Positions 35,122-47,414 are shown, counted from the first letter of the stretch. The stretch: DNA of 57,149 nucleotides from Octopus bimaculoides (GCF_001194135.2 NC_068981.1:20631137-20688285), one strand, 5' to 3'. The notes: generated from the sequence alone by a model not told the origin. Numbers and translations: made by a program.

Positions 35122-36150
35122 NNNNNNNNNNNNNNNNNNNNNNNNNNNNNNNNNNNNNNNNNNNNNNNNNNNNNNNNNNNNNNNNNNNNNNNNNNNNNNN
35201 NNNNNNNNNNNNNNNNNNNNNNNNNNNNNNNNNNNNNNNNNNNNNNNNNNNNNNNNNNNNNNNNNNNNNNNNNNNNNNNNNNNNNNNNNNNNNNNNNNNN
35301 NNNNNNNNNNNNNNNNNNNNNNNNNNNNNNNNNNNNNNNNNNNNNNNNNNNNNNNNNNNNNNNNNNNNNNNNNNNNNNNNNNNNNNNNNNNNNNNNNNNN
35401 NNNNNNNNNNNNNNNNNNNNNNNNNNNNNNNNNNNNNNNNNNNNNNNNNNNNNNNNNNNNNNNNNNNNNNNNNNNNNNNNNNNNNNNNNNNNNNNNNNNN
35501 NNNNNNNNNNNNNNNNNNNNNNNNNNNNNNNNNNNNNNNNNNNNNNNNNNNNNNNNNNNNNNNNNNNNNNNNNNNNNNGGCACTTTTTCAAGCAGCTATC
35601 CTCATCCATTCTCACCACATGTCCATACCAGCGCAATCGTCTCTCTTGCACACCACAACTGATGTTTCTAATGTTCAGCTTTTCTGTGTTTGTGTGTAAT
35701 ATGTATGTGTGTGTAATATTTTTTTTCAATGGCAGTAACATTCAACGCAGAGCAGCTCATACATAGATACATTCATTAAAATTTAAAAAATAAAATGTAA
35801 ATTTTTTAATACAGCTGGATGCCCTTCCTAACGCCAACCATTCCAAGAGTGTAGTGGGTGCTTTTTACGTGCCACCAGCACAGGAGCCAATCAGGCAGCA
35901 CTGGCAACGATCACACTCAAATGGGGATTTTTATGTGCCACCAGCACAGATAGCAATCAGGCGGTACTGTTGTCAGCCACGACAATGACTTCACTTGCCT
36001 CAACATGTCTTCACAAGTGCAATTTATTGCCCAATGATTGAAGGGTACTCTTAAATGGACTGGTTATGCTGCACTGGCATAAGCCACGGTTACAGTATCA
36101 CTTGGCTTGACAGGTCATATATATATATATATATATATATNNNNNNNNNN

Positions 36151-36184
<34 letters not shown>

Positions 36185-36190
<6 letters not shown>

Positions 36191-36748
36191 TTTTGTTCTT
36201 GGCACTCCGTCGCTTACGACGTTGAGGGTTCCAGTTGATCAGATCAACGGAACAGCCTGCTCGTGAAATAAACGTGCAAGTGGCTGAGCACTCCACATAC
36301 ACGTGGATATTCACCGTGACACAGTGTGACAAGGCTAGCCCTTTGAAATACAGGTACAACAGAAGAAACAGGAAGAAAGAGTGAGAGAAAGTTGTGGTGG
36401 AAGAATACAGCAGGGTTCACCACCATCCAGTGCCGGAACCTCGTGGAGCTTTAGGTGTTTNNNNNNNNNNNNNNNNNNNNNNNNNNNNNNNNNNNNNNNN
36501 NNNNNNNNNNNNNNNNNNNNNNNNNNNNNNNNNNNNNNNNNNNNNNNNNNNNNNNNNNNNNNNNNNNNNNNNNNNNNNNNNNNNNNNNNNNNNNNNNNNN
36601 NNNNNNNNNNNNNNNNNNNNNNNNNNNNNNNNNNNNNNNNNNNNNNNNNNNNNNNNNNAATAAACACTCACAACGCCTGGTCTGGGAATCGAAACCGCGA
36701 TCCTATGACCGCGAGTCCGCTGCCCTAACTACTGGGCTATTGCGTCTC
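36185..36748 (-). mobile_element. tRNA-derived SINE (same family as 31997-32385), spanning a gap
   Basis: ttggcactccgtcgcttacgacg.. and gggaatcgaaacc..ctaactactgggctattgcgtctcc. Confidence 0.9.
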
Positions 36749-37059
36749 CACATATTAAAATAAATATAGCCATTGATTTGTCTCGTATCTAAAAATTGAA
36801 GTGTCATTCAATCCAAGAACTGACAAGCAGAAGAATGAGTACTGACTATCGTAGGTTAAATGTAAAGTATTTCTTGTAAATGCTGGTTAGTCATTTGACA
36901 GAGTGTCAAAGTTTCGGGGTTAGCTAAAAATGATTGACAAAATTATTAATCTCTTTCAAAAGAAAGACTTTAAAAAAAAAGTTTTAAAAAGTTAATGGTC
37001 GATGGGAAGTAACTCATAAAAAAAGCGTACAATTTTTATTTCCCCTTAGTTAAAATTAC

Positions 37060-37340
37060 GAGTGTAACTACACACACACACTTAGTTATAATTTTAAACG
37101 TGTCATAGAGCATCATTGAAATTGTTGTTGTGACGTCATCAGAAGCTGTGTATTGGACATATCTGAATTACGCACGTGTCAAAGATGTCAACATTGGCTG
37201 AGTTAATTATCTTTTTGCTTTAATTTTTCAATTAATTTTCGTTTCTCTTGATACATTCGCATACAATGAATTTTAGTAATGTTTCTCTTATAGTATTCTA
37301 TATTTGTGACTATTTCTTCCCTTTCAAATGCTTCCGGACT
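37060..37340. promoter_or_regulatory. CpG-enriched promoter-like cluster
   Basis: TGACGTCA 37131-37138, ATTGG 37152-37156 and 37193-37197, CACGTG 37173-37178, CTTCCGG 37331-37337; ~700 bp upstream of POP4 ATG. Confidence 0.45.
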
Positions 37341-37489
37341 AACCCAGGAAACAGAATGTTTCTTTTTCAATGGCAGTACCATTTAGGTATACTCATAGCA
37401 TTAACAGAAATATTCACAGCACAACACTAATACTGACATTTGCACTAACATTAACAGCAACAACAGTTTATAATGACATTAATACGTAC

Positions 37490-37598
37490 AATGCCTTGTT
37501 AGGTACTTTTGGCAATCTTTCGATAGCCGTATCTGAGAGAATCTGACTAAATACCAAGACAGTGTCCGTTCAGAGAAACATTTTCTCTTCACAAGCAT
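37490..37598 (-). CDS. Candidate first coding exon of a gene divergent from POP4 (MLVKRKCFSERTLSWYLVRFSQIRLSKDCQKYLTRH)
   Basis: First ATG after an in-frame TGA; donor T|gtacgt; basic, acid-poor peptide; no recognisable homology. Confidence 0.3.
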
Positions 37599-38063
37599 TA
37601 TGAATGTCGTTAGCAATGTTTTTCACATTAACGACAATAAGAACAACATTATCAATGAAGGGAGAGCAGATTTGAGAAGTTTTTACTGCATTTTGGACAT
37701 TGAGACAAAATATGCTTTTTATTTTCTTTTTTCTCTTTTATTTATTTCAGTCACTTGACTGCGGCCATTTTGGAGCACTGCCTTTAGTCGGTCAAATCGA
37801 CCCCCAGAACTTTCTGAACTAGTGTTCATCCACTAATTCAGAAAGTTACAGTTCTTTCCTGCTCTCTGGTATTATCTCTTCTTTCTGCTCCACACAGTTT
37901 ATCTTTGAATTAACAATAATTTATATGTATTTCTTTATTGCCAACAGGGAGCTAAACATAGAGAGGACAAACAAGGACAGACAAAGGGTTTAAGTTGATT
38001 ATTACATTACACCTGGCTCTAGTATAACCATTCCACATTCCACTACTGATCTGAAGATAAAAT

Positions 38064-38082
38064 ATGTCAACAAGCAGCAAAG
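38064..38082 (+). CDS. POP4: POP4 coding exon 1 (MSTSSK, phase 1)
   Basis: ATG with perfect G|gtaagt donor; phase matches 40918 exon; vertebrate POP4 also has a tiny first coding exon. Confidence 0.6.
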
Positions 38083-38186
38083 GTAAGTCAAAACATTTTC
38101 TTTTTATGTCTAAAATATTCATGTCATTGTTAAGTTACAAATCAATGTGATCAAGCAGATACATGGTCGAAGGTATTCCAGCCATT

Positions 38187-38839
38187 GGATCTTGTTCAAA
38201 ACGGGGGCACCAGTATTTTCTTAACGAAACGCTTTGAAACTTGGGACACTGGTAGAATGTGTCATATAAAACATCTTTTTCTCTTAGTCTTCTTAACAAA
38301 AAAACGTACATCGCAAGTTATTTCATGTTAAAGTTGTCGTATTTCTGTAATTTCAACCAATGACTGACGTCCATTCAGCCGTAAAAATTNNNNNNNNNNN
38401 NNNNNNNNNNNNNNNNNNNNNNNNNNNNNNNNNNNNNNNNNNNNNNNNNNNNNNNNNNNNNNNNNNNNNNNNNNNNNNNNNNNNNNNNNNNNNNNNNNNN
38501 NNNNNNNNNNNNNNNNAAGGAGCAAGTCAGTTAGGGTTAGGGAAAACGAACACACGTGTGTTGCCTCTCTGCAAAATGTCAGAAGTAATGGAGATTAAAT
38601 ACGCTTTACACCGCTTAAACTGCCAAAGGAGTAAGTGTAAACAGCTGAATACTTGTCACTGATTGGTTGAAATTATCGAAATAAGACAATTTTTTACATG
38701 AAATAAATTCGAATACAAAAATTTTTTTCTGTTCTATAACACAAAATAGATAAGTATATGAAGTTCGAAAGTCTTTCGGTACCAAAAACACTACATAAAA
38801 CATAAATGAAAACTGGTGCCCCCGTTTTGAACAAGATCC
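38187..38839. mobile_element. MITE with 28-bp TIRs and 8-bp TSD
   Basis: TIR ggatcttgttcaaaacgggggcaccagt 38187-38214 / exact reverse complement 38812-38839; TSD cagccatt 38179-38186 and 38840-38847. Confidence 0.9.
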
Positions 38840-39680
38840 CAGCCATTGACCATCATATCTGAATTTCAGGTATGTCATCATCATCTTCATCATTTAACGT
38901 CCGTCTTCCACGCTGGCATGGGTTGGACGGTTTGACTAAAAACTGGTAAGCTGAGGAGCTGCACCAGGTTCCAATCTGATTTGGCATGGTTTCTACAGCT
39001 ACATTCTTTTAATAATTGATGCCTCATGATGGGTGTATACTGGTGCTCTCCTTTATTTATATTAAATGTTGAGCTGTCACATTATTTGTTGAGTAAAGTG
39101 TTTGGTGTACACCTCTGTTATCTTTACTTCTTACCACAGTTTATTCAACAACCAAACTGAGTCACAGAGCACTTACCCCTCCTATGATACATCAGTTAAA
39201 ATAAAAACAGAACATAGGCGTTGGGTTGGCTGCTTCCCAACCGCATGGTTCTCGGTTAAGTTTTACTGCATGGCATCTTGGGCAAGTGTCTTCTATAGCC
39301 TCCAGATCAACCAAAGCCTTGTGAGTAAATTTAGTAGGCAATAACTGAAAGAATCCCATCGAGCTTCCACGTGGTTGCACATAGTGCTAGAAATTGCTAC
39401 ATTCTATTTGAATTACACCCTAGCATCTTAAACAAGGAAGAACACATTGGATAATGCAGCCCCAGTTATTTACAATTATCACACGATGTCAAGACAAGAA
39501 GACACAAATACTCAGACACATATATATATATATATATTTAATTAATAAATTCAATAATGGGATAAAAATCTTTTACATGAATTTTATCAGGAAGCTAGTG
39601 TGTAAAAAATTCATAAGGGGGAAAAAAACCCATCATTTTTTTATTCCCAAGAATATAATTATTCATTTATATTTATATAA

Positions 39681-39919
39681 GGGCATTACTACAGAATAAT
39701 GCCACACACTAGACTTCCCAAATAAACACATATAAAAATAAAAATATGTCTGTACCGTACTATACTGATGAGCGAAAGCTAGATTTTATTCTGGTAATTG
39801 TGAAATCGTCCGAAATATAGTTGAGTTCATTTTTTTTAAGAGTTGCTTTTCCTCGCATTTGGTAAAATATGTGTTTACTTGGGAAGTCTAGTGTGTGGCA
39901 TTATTCTGTAGTAATGCCC
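39681..39919 (+). mobile_element. Small inverted-end element with decayed hammerhead
   Basis: 53-bp arms 39681-39733 / 39867-39919 (1 mismatch); ACTATA-CTGATGA(39765-39771)..GAAA(39812-39815)-TATAGT. Confidence 0.65.
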
Positions 39920-40440
39920 ATATATNNNNNNNNNNNNNNNNNNNNNNNNNNNNNNNNNNNNNNNNNNNNNNNNNNNNNNNNNNNNNNNNNNNNNNNNNNN
40001 NNNNNNNNNNNNNNNNNNNNNNNNNNNNNNNNNNNNNNNNNNNNNNNNNNNNNNNNNNNNNNNNNNNNNNNNNAAAAAAAAAAAACACACCGGACTCTAT
40101 GGATCTTTTAATCAAAACTCTTAACTGCTCTTAATTTCAGTACAAAAAAAAAATCTCTTTCGTTTCTCTTTTTATCAGTTTCTCACCCTTCCTTCCATAC
40201 GTATCCCACATGGGTTTTATTTACATGTGTTTTTATGTATATTTATATATATATATTTTATGAATTTTTTTTTTTAAATGTTCATGTATTGATATGTATT
40301 AGTATATGTATACACATTTTAAGTCGAATTTATAAATGTATGAGTATGATTGCCTAATTTGGGTTTATATCTTAATTCCTATATATCATCATCATCATCA
40401 TCGTCATCATTTAACGTCCGCTTTCCATGCTAAGTTTAAG

Positions 40441-40639
40441 TATTAAAATACATTTATACATTCTTTGATAATAATAAGAAAATGTTTAAAACAGTTTAAA
40501 AGAGAGTATTCAACAAAAAGTGTTTAGTATTATATATCTCCTGGGTATACTACCAAACACTTTTTGTTGAATACTCTCTTTTAAACTGTTTTAAACATTT
40601 TCTTATTATTATCAAAGAATGTCTATATGTATTTTAATA
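40441..40639. repeat. Fold-back, ~90-bp arms, ~16-nt loop, POP4 intron 1
   Basis: 40441-40530 is the reverse complement of 40547-40639. Confidence 0.9.
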
Positions 40640-40767
40640 ATTTTGTGACAACCAGTACTTAACACAACAAAGCTTATACAAAGCTTTACATTTTACTTTT
40701 GACAATCTTTTTCTAAAAAAGTGAAACCGGTCAAGTGAATAAACATCTTTAAAGTTGCATTTTCAAA

Positions 40768-40807
<40 letters not shown>

Positions 40808-40917
40808 GAGAGAGAGATTTAGCACTGTATATATCTGGATATTGTCACATAATCTTGTATTACATATAACAGTTTTAAACCTCTATTTTTAAATTTCTGT
40901 TATTCCATGTGTTGCAG

Positions 40918-40979
40918 TTCAACCCTACTTACCTTTGTCCAAAGAAGTTCTTGTCAAAGAAACCGAACTCAACATTCTG
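40918..40979 (+). CDS. POP4: POP4 coding exon 2 (VQPYLPLSKEVLVKETELNIL)
   Basis: gttgcag acceptor, CTG|gtaatt donor, phase 1 to 0; YxxLS resembles human IYHALSQK. Confidence 0.8.
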
Positions 40980-43277
40980 GTAATTCCACACTAAATTTCA
41001 CTCTTTTCTAAAACTGTTCTGAAATCTTTGTCGTCAGTCAAGAAACTGTTGATATTGGTTTTGTTTCATTTTATTGATGTGTATGAAATGAACTACAGAA
41101 TTTTTTTTGTGACTTCTTTCCATCATGGGATGCCCCTTTTGCTTTTGTTAGTAACTTTGTCACTCCCACAAAAAGCACCCAGTACCCTGTGTTTGGTAAT
41201 TCATCTGAACAGTGACAACACAGGGCTTGGGAGAGTTCTTTAGTCTTGCTGATGGCAAAGCTACCTCTAAAGTGCTGGTGCCAAAATAAGCCTAGTACAC
41301 TGTAAAATGGTTGGTGTGAAGAATGGCATCCAGCCCTAGAATCTGTGCCGAAAATGTGACATTGGAGTAAGACGTAGTCCTGCAACTCATTCAATTGTGT
41401 TGAACCGTCTTACCTATGCCAATATGGATAGGGCTCAAATGATGATATAAATTGTTAAAATTTATGTAAAATATACTGGCAAATTGTCAGTCATTAAGTG
41501 TGAAGAAAAATGCCTTGTAGTATTGTCCCAACTCTTTGCATCTGAGAAATTGTAGTAGTGATGACTGTTATTTGTTCAGGAGAGAGATGTGTGATATTGT
41601 AACAATGATGATTGTTTATGTGAGAGTTGTGCAATATTGTAGCAGTGATGGCTATTTGAGAGAGATATTAGATATTCTAGCAGTGATGGATATTGTTAAT
41701 CTATTTATCATTAATAATTTTTATCTAAAATTTGTCAATATTTTCATGGAAATAAGGCGGTGAGCTGGCAGAAATGTTAGCACACCGGGGAAAATACTTA
41801 GCAGTATTTCATCTGTCTTTATGTTCTGAGTTCAAATTCTGCCGAGGTCGACTTTGCCTTTCATCTTTTTGGAATCAATAAATTAAGTACCAGTTGCATA
41901 CTAGGGTCAATCCAATCAACTGGCCCTCTCCCCCAAAATTTCAGGCCTTGTGCCTAGAGTAGAAAAGACTATTTTCATAGAAATAACACTGCAATTCAGT
42001 TCTAACAAAGTTGGGGTGTTTTGGCTTTATCTGATGTCTCTAACATTTATCGAAGTTAGCATACACCATTGTTTGTTCTGTCAAGGCATTGAAACAGATT
42101 TAACTCAATTTCTAATCCTGAATGGCCTAAATACTAGAATTATATCAATTACAACAAAGCATGAGAACAGGATATATATTGTATTGTTAACACTATAAGC
42201 TATTTTGTTGTATTCCTCCTTCAGTTTATTCAAGCACAGTCATGGCTGTAGAGTTAAGACATTTGCTTTGCAAGTACACGGTTTTGGGTTCGGTTCCACT
42301 GTGTAGCACTTTGGGCATGTCTTCTTCTATGACCCCAGGCCAACCAATNNNNNNNNNNNNNNNNNNNNNNNNNNNNNNNNNNNNNNNNNNNNNNNNNNNN
42401 NNNNNNNNNNNNNNNNNNNNNNNNNNNNNNNNNNNNNNNNNNNNNNNNNNNNNNNNNNNNNNNNNNNNNNNNNNNNNNNNNNNNNNNNNNNNNNNNNNNN
42501 NNNNNNNNNNNNNNNNNNNNNNNNNNNNNNNNNNNNNNNNNNNNNNNNNNNNNNNNNNNNNNNNNNNNNNNNNNNNNNNNNNNNNNNNNNNNNNNNNNNN
42601 NNNNNNNNNNNNNNNNNNNNNNNNNNNNNNNNNNNNNNNNNNNNNNNNNNNNNNNNNNNNNNNNNNNNNNNNNNNNNNNNNNNNNNNNNNNNNNNNNNNN
42701 NNNNNNNNNNNNNNNNNNNNNNNNNNNNNNNNNNNNNNNNNNNNNNNNNNNNNNNNNNNNNNNNNNNNNNNNNNNNNNNNNNNNNNNNNNNNNNNNNNNN
42801 NNNNNNNNNNNNNNNNNNNNNNNNNNNNNNNNNNNNNNNNNNNNNNNNNNNNNNNNNNNNNNNNNNNNNNNNNNNNNNNNNNNNNNNNNNNNNNNNNNNN
42901 NNNNNNNNNNNNNNNNNNNNNNNNNNNNNNNNNNNNNNNNNNNNNNNNNNNNNNNNNNNNNNNNNNNNNNNNNNNNNNNNNNNNNNNNNNNNNNNNNNNN
43001 NNNNNNNNNNNNNNNNNNNNNNNNNNNNNNNNNNNNNNNNNNNNNNNNNNNNNNNNNNNNNNNNNNNNNNNNNNNNNNNNNNNNNNNNNNNNNNNNNNNN
43101 NNNNNNNNNNNNNNNNNNNNNNNNNNNNNNNNNNNNNNNNNNNNNNNNNNNNNNNNNNNNNNNNNNNNNNNNNNNNNNNNNNNNNNNNNNNNNNNNNNNN
43201 NNNNNNNNNNNNNNNNNNNNNNNNNNNNNNNNNNNNNNNNNNNNNNNNNNNNNNNNNNNNNNNNNNNNNNNTTTCAG

Positions 43278-43498
43278 AGCCAGGAAGATTTACAAGAAAA
43301 CTTCCTTGTCAACTTTTTAGTCCAAAATGTCCCAAATTCGAAACATCTTGATTTCATCAAAGACAATAAAATTCAAACATGGTGGGAATGCTGGAATACA
43401 CGACGGCATCTCACCAAATCTAAACATCACAAGAAAACTCTATCATCCAAACTGAGGAAACAATTGAAAATATTTCACATTCAACCTGAAGTCCAAAA
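43278..43498 (+). CDS. POP4: POP4 coding exon 3
   Basis: tttcag acceptor; SQEDLQENFLVNFL..KTLSSKLRKQLKIFHIQPEVQ matches human ..GLSARQRRELRLFDIKPEQQ; AA|gtgaga donor. Confidence 0.9.
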
Positions 43499-43975
43499 GT
43501 GAGAAATTCTTGTCATTGTAGTTGTTACTGTTTCTCTCTCTCTCTCTCTCTCTTCTCTAAATTATTACATTAGGCATTGAACTACTGACTTTGTTGTAAA
43601 AAAGCCTTGTTGTAAATATTACTCTACTTCAGTTTGCTTGGTTAACAACAGTTTTCATTCATGTAACATATAAGTCAGCCATAAAAAAAAAAAGTTTGCA
43701 AATTATATTTCAGATGTACTCACAGGTAATAAAAACATTAAGAAGTAATTTTGAAGTCTGTTTGACTGATAAGAGAAATGAAGTAACATTGTAACAGTTC
43801 GTGTTTAATACTGTAAATGATACTTGACATCACTAGTAGTAGCATTAATGTTTTAAATCTCTTGTAGCCATACATCTAATGAAATACACTGTCAATGCAT
43901 TTTAAAAAATAATAAACTCTTTCTTGTGGGTTAATAAAATAACTAACTTTATCATTATTAAGCTGCTACTTGGAG

Positions 43976-44645
43976 TCATCATCATCATCATCATCATTTA
44001 ACGTCCGCTTTCCATGCTAGCATGGGTTGGATGATTTGACTGAAGACTGGCGAACCAGATGGCTGCACCAGGCTCCAATCTGATCTGGCAGAGTTTCTAT
44101 ACAGCTGGATGCCCTTCCTAACGCCAACCACTCCGAGAGTGTAGGGGGTGCTTTTACGTGCCACCAGCACGAGGGCCAGTCAGGCAGTACTGGCAATGGC
44201 CACACTCAAAATGGTGTTTTATACGTGCCACCTGCACAGGAGCCAGTCCAGCGGCACTGGCAACAACCTCGCTCGAATGTTTTTTCACATGCCAGTAAGA
44301 TAACGCTGGTAACGATCACGCTCAAATGGTACTATTTACGTGCCACTGGCGTGGAAGCCAGACAACTGCTCTGGCAATGATCACACTTGGACGGTGCTCT
44401 TAGCGCTCCACTGGCACAGGTGCCAGTCATCGAATTTGGTTCAATCATGATTTCAAATTCACTTGCTCCAACAGGTCTTTGCAAGCAGAGTTTAGTGTCC
44501 AATGAAGGAGAGGTTGGCATGGGAGCCAGTTGTCGAATTTGGTTCGATTTCGATTTTACTTGCCTCAACATGGTCTTCGCAAGCAGAGTTTAGTGTCCAA
44601 TGAAGGAAAGGTACGCATAAGTGGACTGGCTACACCCCTGGCAGA
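43976..44645 (-). mobile_element. RTE-type long 3' UTR/tail in POP4 intron 3
   Basis: (CAT)n-ttaacgtccgctttccatgctagcatggg..; internal ~100-bp tandem duplication 44430-44630. Confidence 0.9.
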
Positions 44646-45162
44646 GGCCTCGGATTATATATATATATATAAGTGAAAGATATATACAATGGTAAGAAAT
44701 TACTGATTGACCAGTTGTCAAATAAAATATGATACACACACACACACATTACCTCTTTCTACTCTTCATCTCCTGGCATAAAGTTACCTACTTCCCCACT
44801 CCTTGGGGTTCATAGTCTTGCAAGCTGCATTGTTGGTGGCATCCAACTATAGAAATGTCAAAACAGACACTGAAGCACAATGCAGTCCTTTGGCGCATCA
44901 GATTCCGTCAAATCATTCAACTTATGCCTGCATGGAATGAAGGTATTAAATGATATATAGCTGAACATTGTTTATTTCTTGGAAGATTGGGACATTCTAA
45001 ATAGTTCACTATAACCTCCTCAGTGCAGATTATCTAAATGTGATCGAGAGAAGAATTATCTTCACTATTTAACTGGTACTTAATAAAGCCCCAAGCTGAC
45101 TCTGTCAATCAATTACCTTCACTATTTGATGATGTTTCTACTTCCTTTTTACTTTTTGTCAG

Positions 45163-45231
45163 GTTTCATAACTTTCTTCCCCTCCATAAATTATGGAAAC
45201 AGTATATGAAGCAATTAATTCAGTTTGAGAA
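45163..45231 (+). CDS. POP4: POP4 coding exon 4 (FHNFLPLHKLWKQYMKQLIQFE)
   Basis: Conserved FLPLHxLWKQY; tttttgtcag acceptor, AA|gtaagt donor. Confidence 0.97.
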
Positions 45232-46041
45232 GTAAGTAGTTATTTTCGTCTGAAAACTTTTTGAAAAATAATTTTCTATTGTTTATATAAATTTTTGACC
45301 CGTTTTGTAAGACAGATTGGGATGTTGGGTTGCAGGCGTTTTAACACTGCTGACTTGCTGCTGAAGGCAGACAAGCACACAACATTGTAACATAAATAAA
45401 GGAAAGAAAATGTACTGAAATGAAAATGAAATTATTAAATATGGAGTTATGTCCCCTCAAATGACATGTACACACTGCAAAAGATTATTGTTAACGAATG
45501 GTGATTTATTTATACGGGGCTGTCTGGTCTCTTTGGTATAAAAGGAGAGCACGATTGTCTGAATTATGACAAATGCGTAGTTCAGTTCACATGGTTTTGT
45601 GCACATTTTTTCTAACATGGATATGGGCTTTTAAAGTGTCTTGATTTAATTTTATGTTCATTGTTCATTCAAATGTACCAGAAAAACATAGCTTTGTGTA
45701 GTTTCTGTTTGATAATTATGAGCATCTTTATACGTTTTTTGCTTCTGTGATGGTCCATGCACAACTTGTAAAATTGTTATGTAGAAACATACTTTTTCTC
45801 AGTGCTAAAACATTCCTAACCCCCTTATAAGAGCCAGATTACCTGAAGTATTTTCTAATAAGTACAAGATAATTGATGGAATAAATTCAATAGACTCACA
45901 ACTCATGACCTAAAATGAAAATTTAAATTGAAATGCTTAACATTCTTAACAAGAAATCAATGTTGGTTGAATGTAATAGGTTTTCTTATTTATCTAAATT
46001 TTAATCTTAAATCAATAATCCTTTAATCCCCACTCTTGCAG

Positions 46042-46217
46042 CATTAACCCAAACAATTTAACGGCTGTCAATCTGAAGGTTTTGAAAGCTGATTATCATG
46101 GATGTTACCTCACGGTTTCCAAGTCAAAATGTCCCTCATATGTTGGCACAACTGGCATTGTTCTTATGGAGACCAAGAACATTTTCAAAATAATTACAAA
46201 AGATGATAAATTCAAAT
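46042..46217 (+). CDS. POP4: POP4 coding exon 5 (Rpp29 domain)
   Basis: ..KVLKADYHGCYLTVSKSKCPSYVGTTGIVLMETKNIFKIITKDDKFK; ttgcag acceptor, T|gtacgt donor. Confidence 0.98.
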
Positions 46218-46939
46218 GTACGTATCTTAAGCACCACCATCTTTCTCATTCTCTGTCTCTATCTTCCTCTCTCCCCTTCTCCAATTGGGGTATCTTTGTA
46301 TCTCCTCAACAGCAAGATACCAGTCTTTATCCCTCTGTAACGCTTTTAACCTCTCATCAACTGACACAAAGCCACCTCCCTCGATACTACTTCTCCCCAA
46401 TTCAGGGAACTTTGTCTTGCAAGTTGCTCAGTGACTCCAGCAGTACTGGTACCATGAAAAGTGCACGCAATACACTCTGTAAATTGGTTGGTGTTAGAAA
46501 GGGCATCCAGCTGTAAAAAACATGTCAAAACGGACAATAGAACTTGACACAACCCTCTGGCTTGCCAACTCTTTTCAAACCAGCCATTCCATACCAGCAT
46601 TGGAAAATGTACATTAAATTCTGATGATGTATCTTTTATCTTGCTTCAGTCATTAGATTGTGACCTTGCTGGGGCACTGCCATTAAGGGTTTAGTCAAAC
46701 AAATTGATCCCAGCACTGACTTTTAAGTTTGGTACTTATTTTATCAGAATAGTTGTCAAGCACTAGTGAAGGGGACACACAGACACATATACATATAAAT
46801 GTGCTTGTACGTATATGTTCCAGGCATATGGAAAACCCACTTCTTTCCATCGAGGGCTTAGATACTCCAATATTAGACTGTTTTCTTTAATCAATACACG
46901 GTGATCGTTTATAAGCTTTAAGCTTATAAATATTCATCA

Positions 46940-47406
46940 TCATCGAAATCGAGTTAAATCCGACGACTGGCACCCATGCCAACGTCATCTCCTTCATTGG
47001 ACACGAAACTCAGCTTGCGAAGACTTGTTGGGGCAAGCGAAAGTGAAATCGTGATGGCACCTGTGCCCAGCGTCGCCTTTCTGGCACTTGTGCCCGCGGC
47101 ATGTGTAAGGACTTTCGAGCGAGATTATTGCCAGTGCCCCTGGACTGGCTCTTGTGCGGGTGGCACATAAAATACACCATTTGAGCGTAGCCGTTGCCAG
47201 TACCGCCTGACTGGCCTTCGTGCCAGCAGCACGTAAAAGCACTCACTACACTCTCTGAGTGGTTGGCGTTAGGAAGGGCATCCAGCTGTAGAAACTCTGC
47301 CAAATCAGATTGGAGCCTGGTGTAGCCATCTGGTTTCACCAGTCCTCAGTCAAATCATCCAACCCATGCTAGCATGGAAAGCGGACGTTAAACGATGATG
47401 ATGATA
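46940..47406 (+). mobile_element. RTE-type 3' UTR/tail in POP4 intron 5
   Basis: ..gttggcgttaggaagggcatccagctgtagaaac..gcatggaaagcggacgttaaacgatgatgatg. Confidence 0.9.
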
Positions 47407-47414
47407 CACACACA

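Noticed and set aside
38531-38542. TTAGGGTTAGGG telomere-like repeat
   Set aside because: Only two units, inside a MITE.
39765-39781. CTGATGAGCGAAAGCTA as an ultra-minimal stand-alone hammerhead
   Set aside because: No stem I pairing in that register; the alternative fold using GAAA 39812-39815 has a 6-bp stem I and is preferred.
45495-45570. Intronic box C/D snoRNA in POP4 intron 4
   Set aside because: Putative C box is GUGAUUU rather than RUGAUGA, and the terminal stem is weak.
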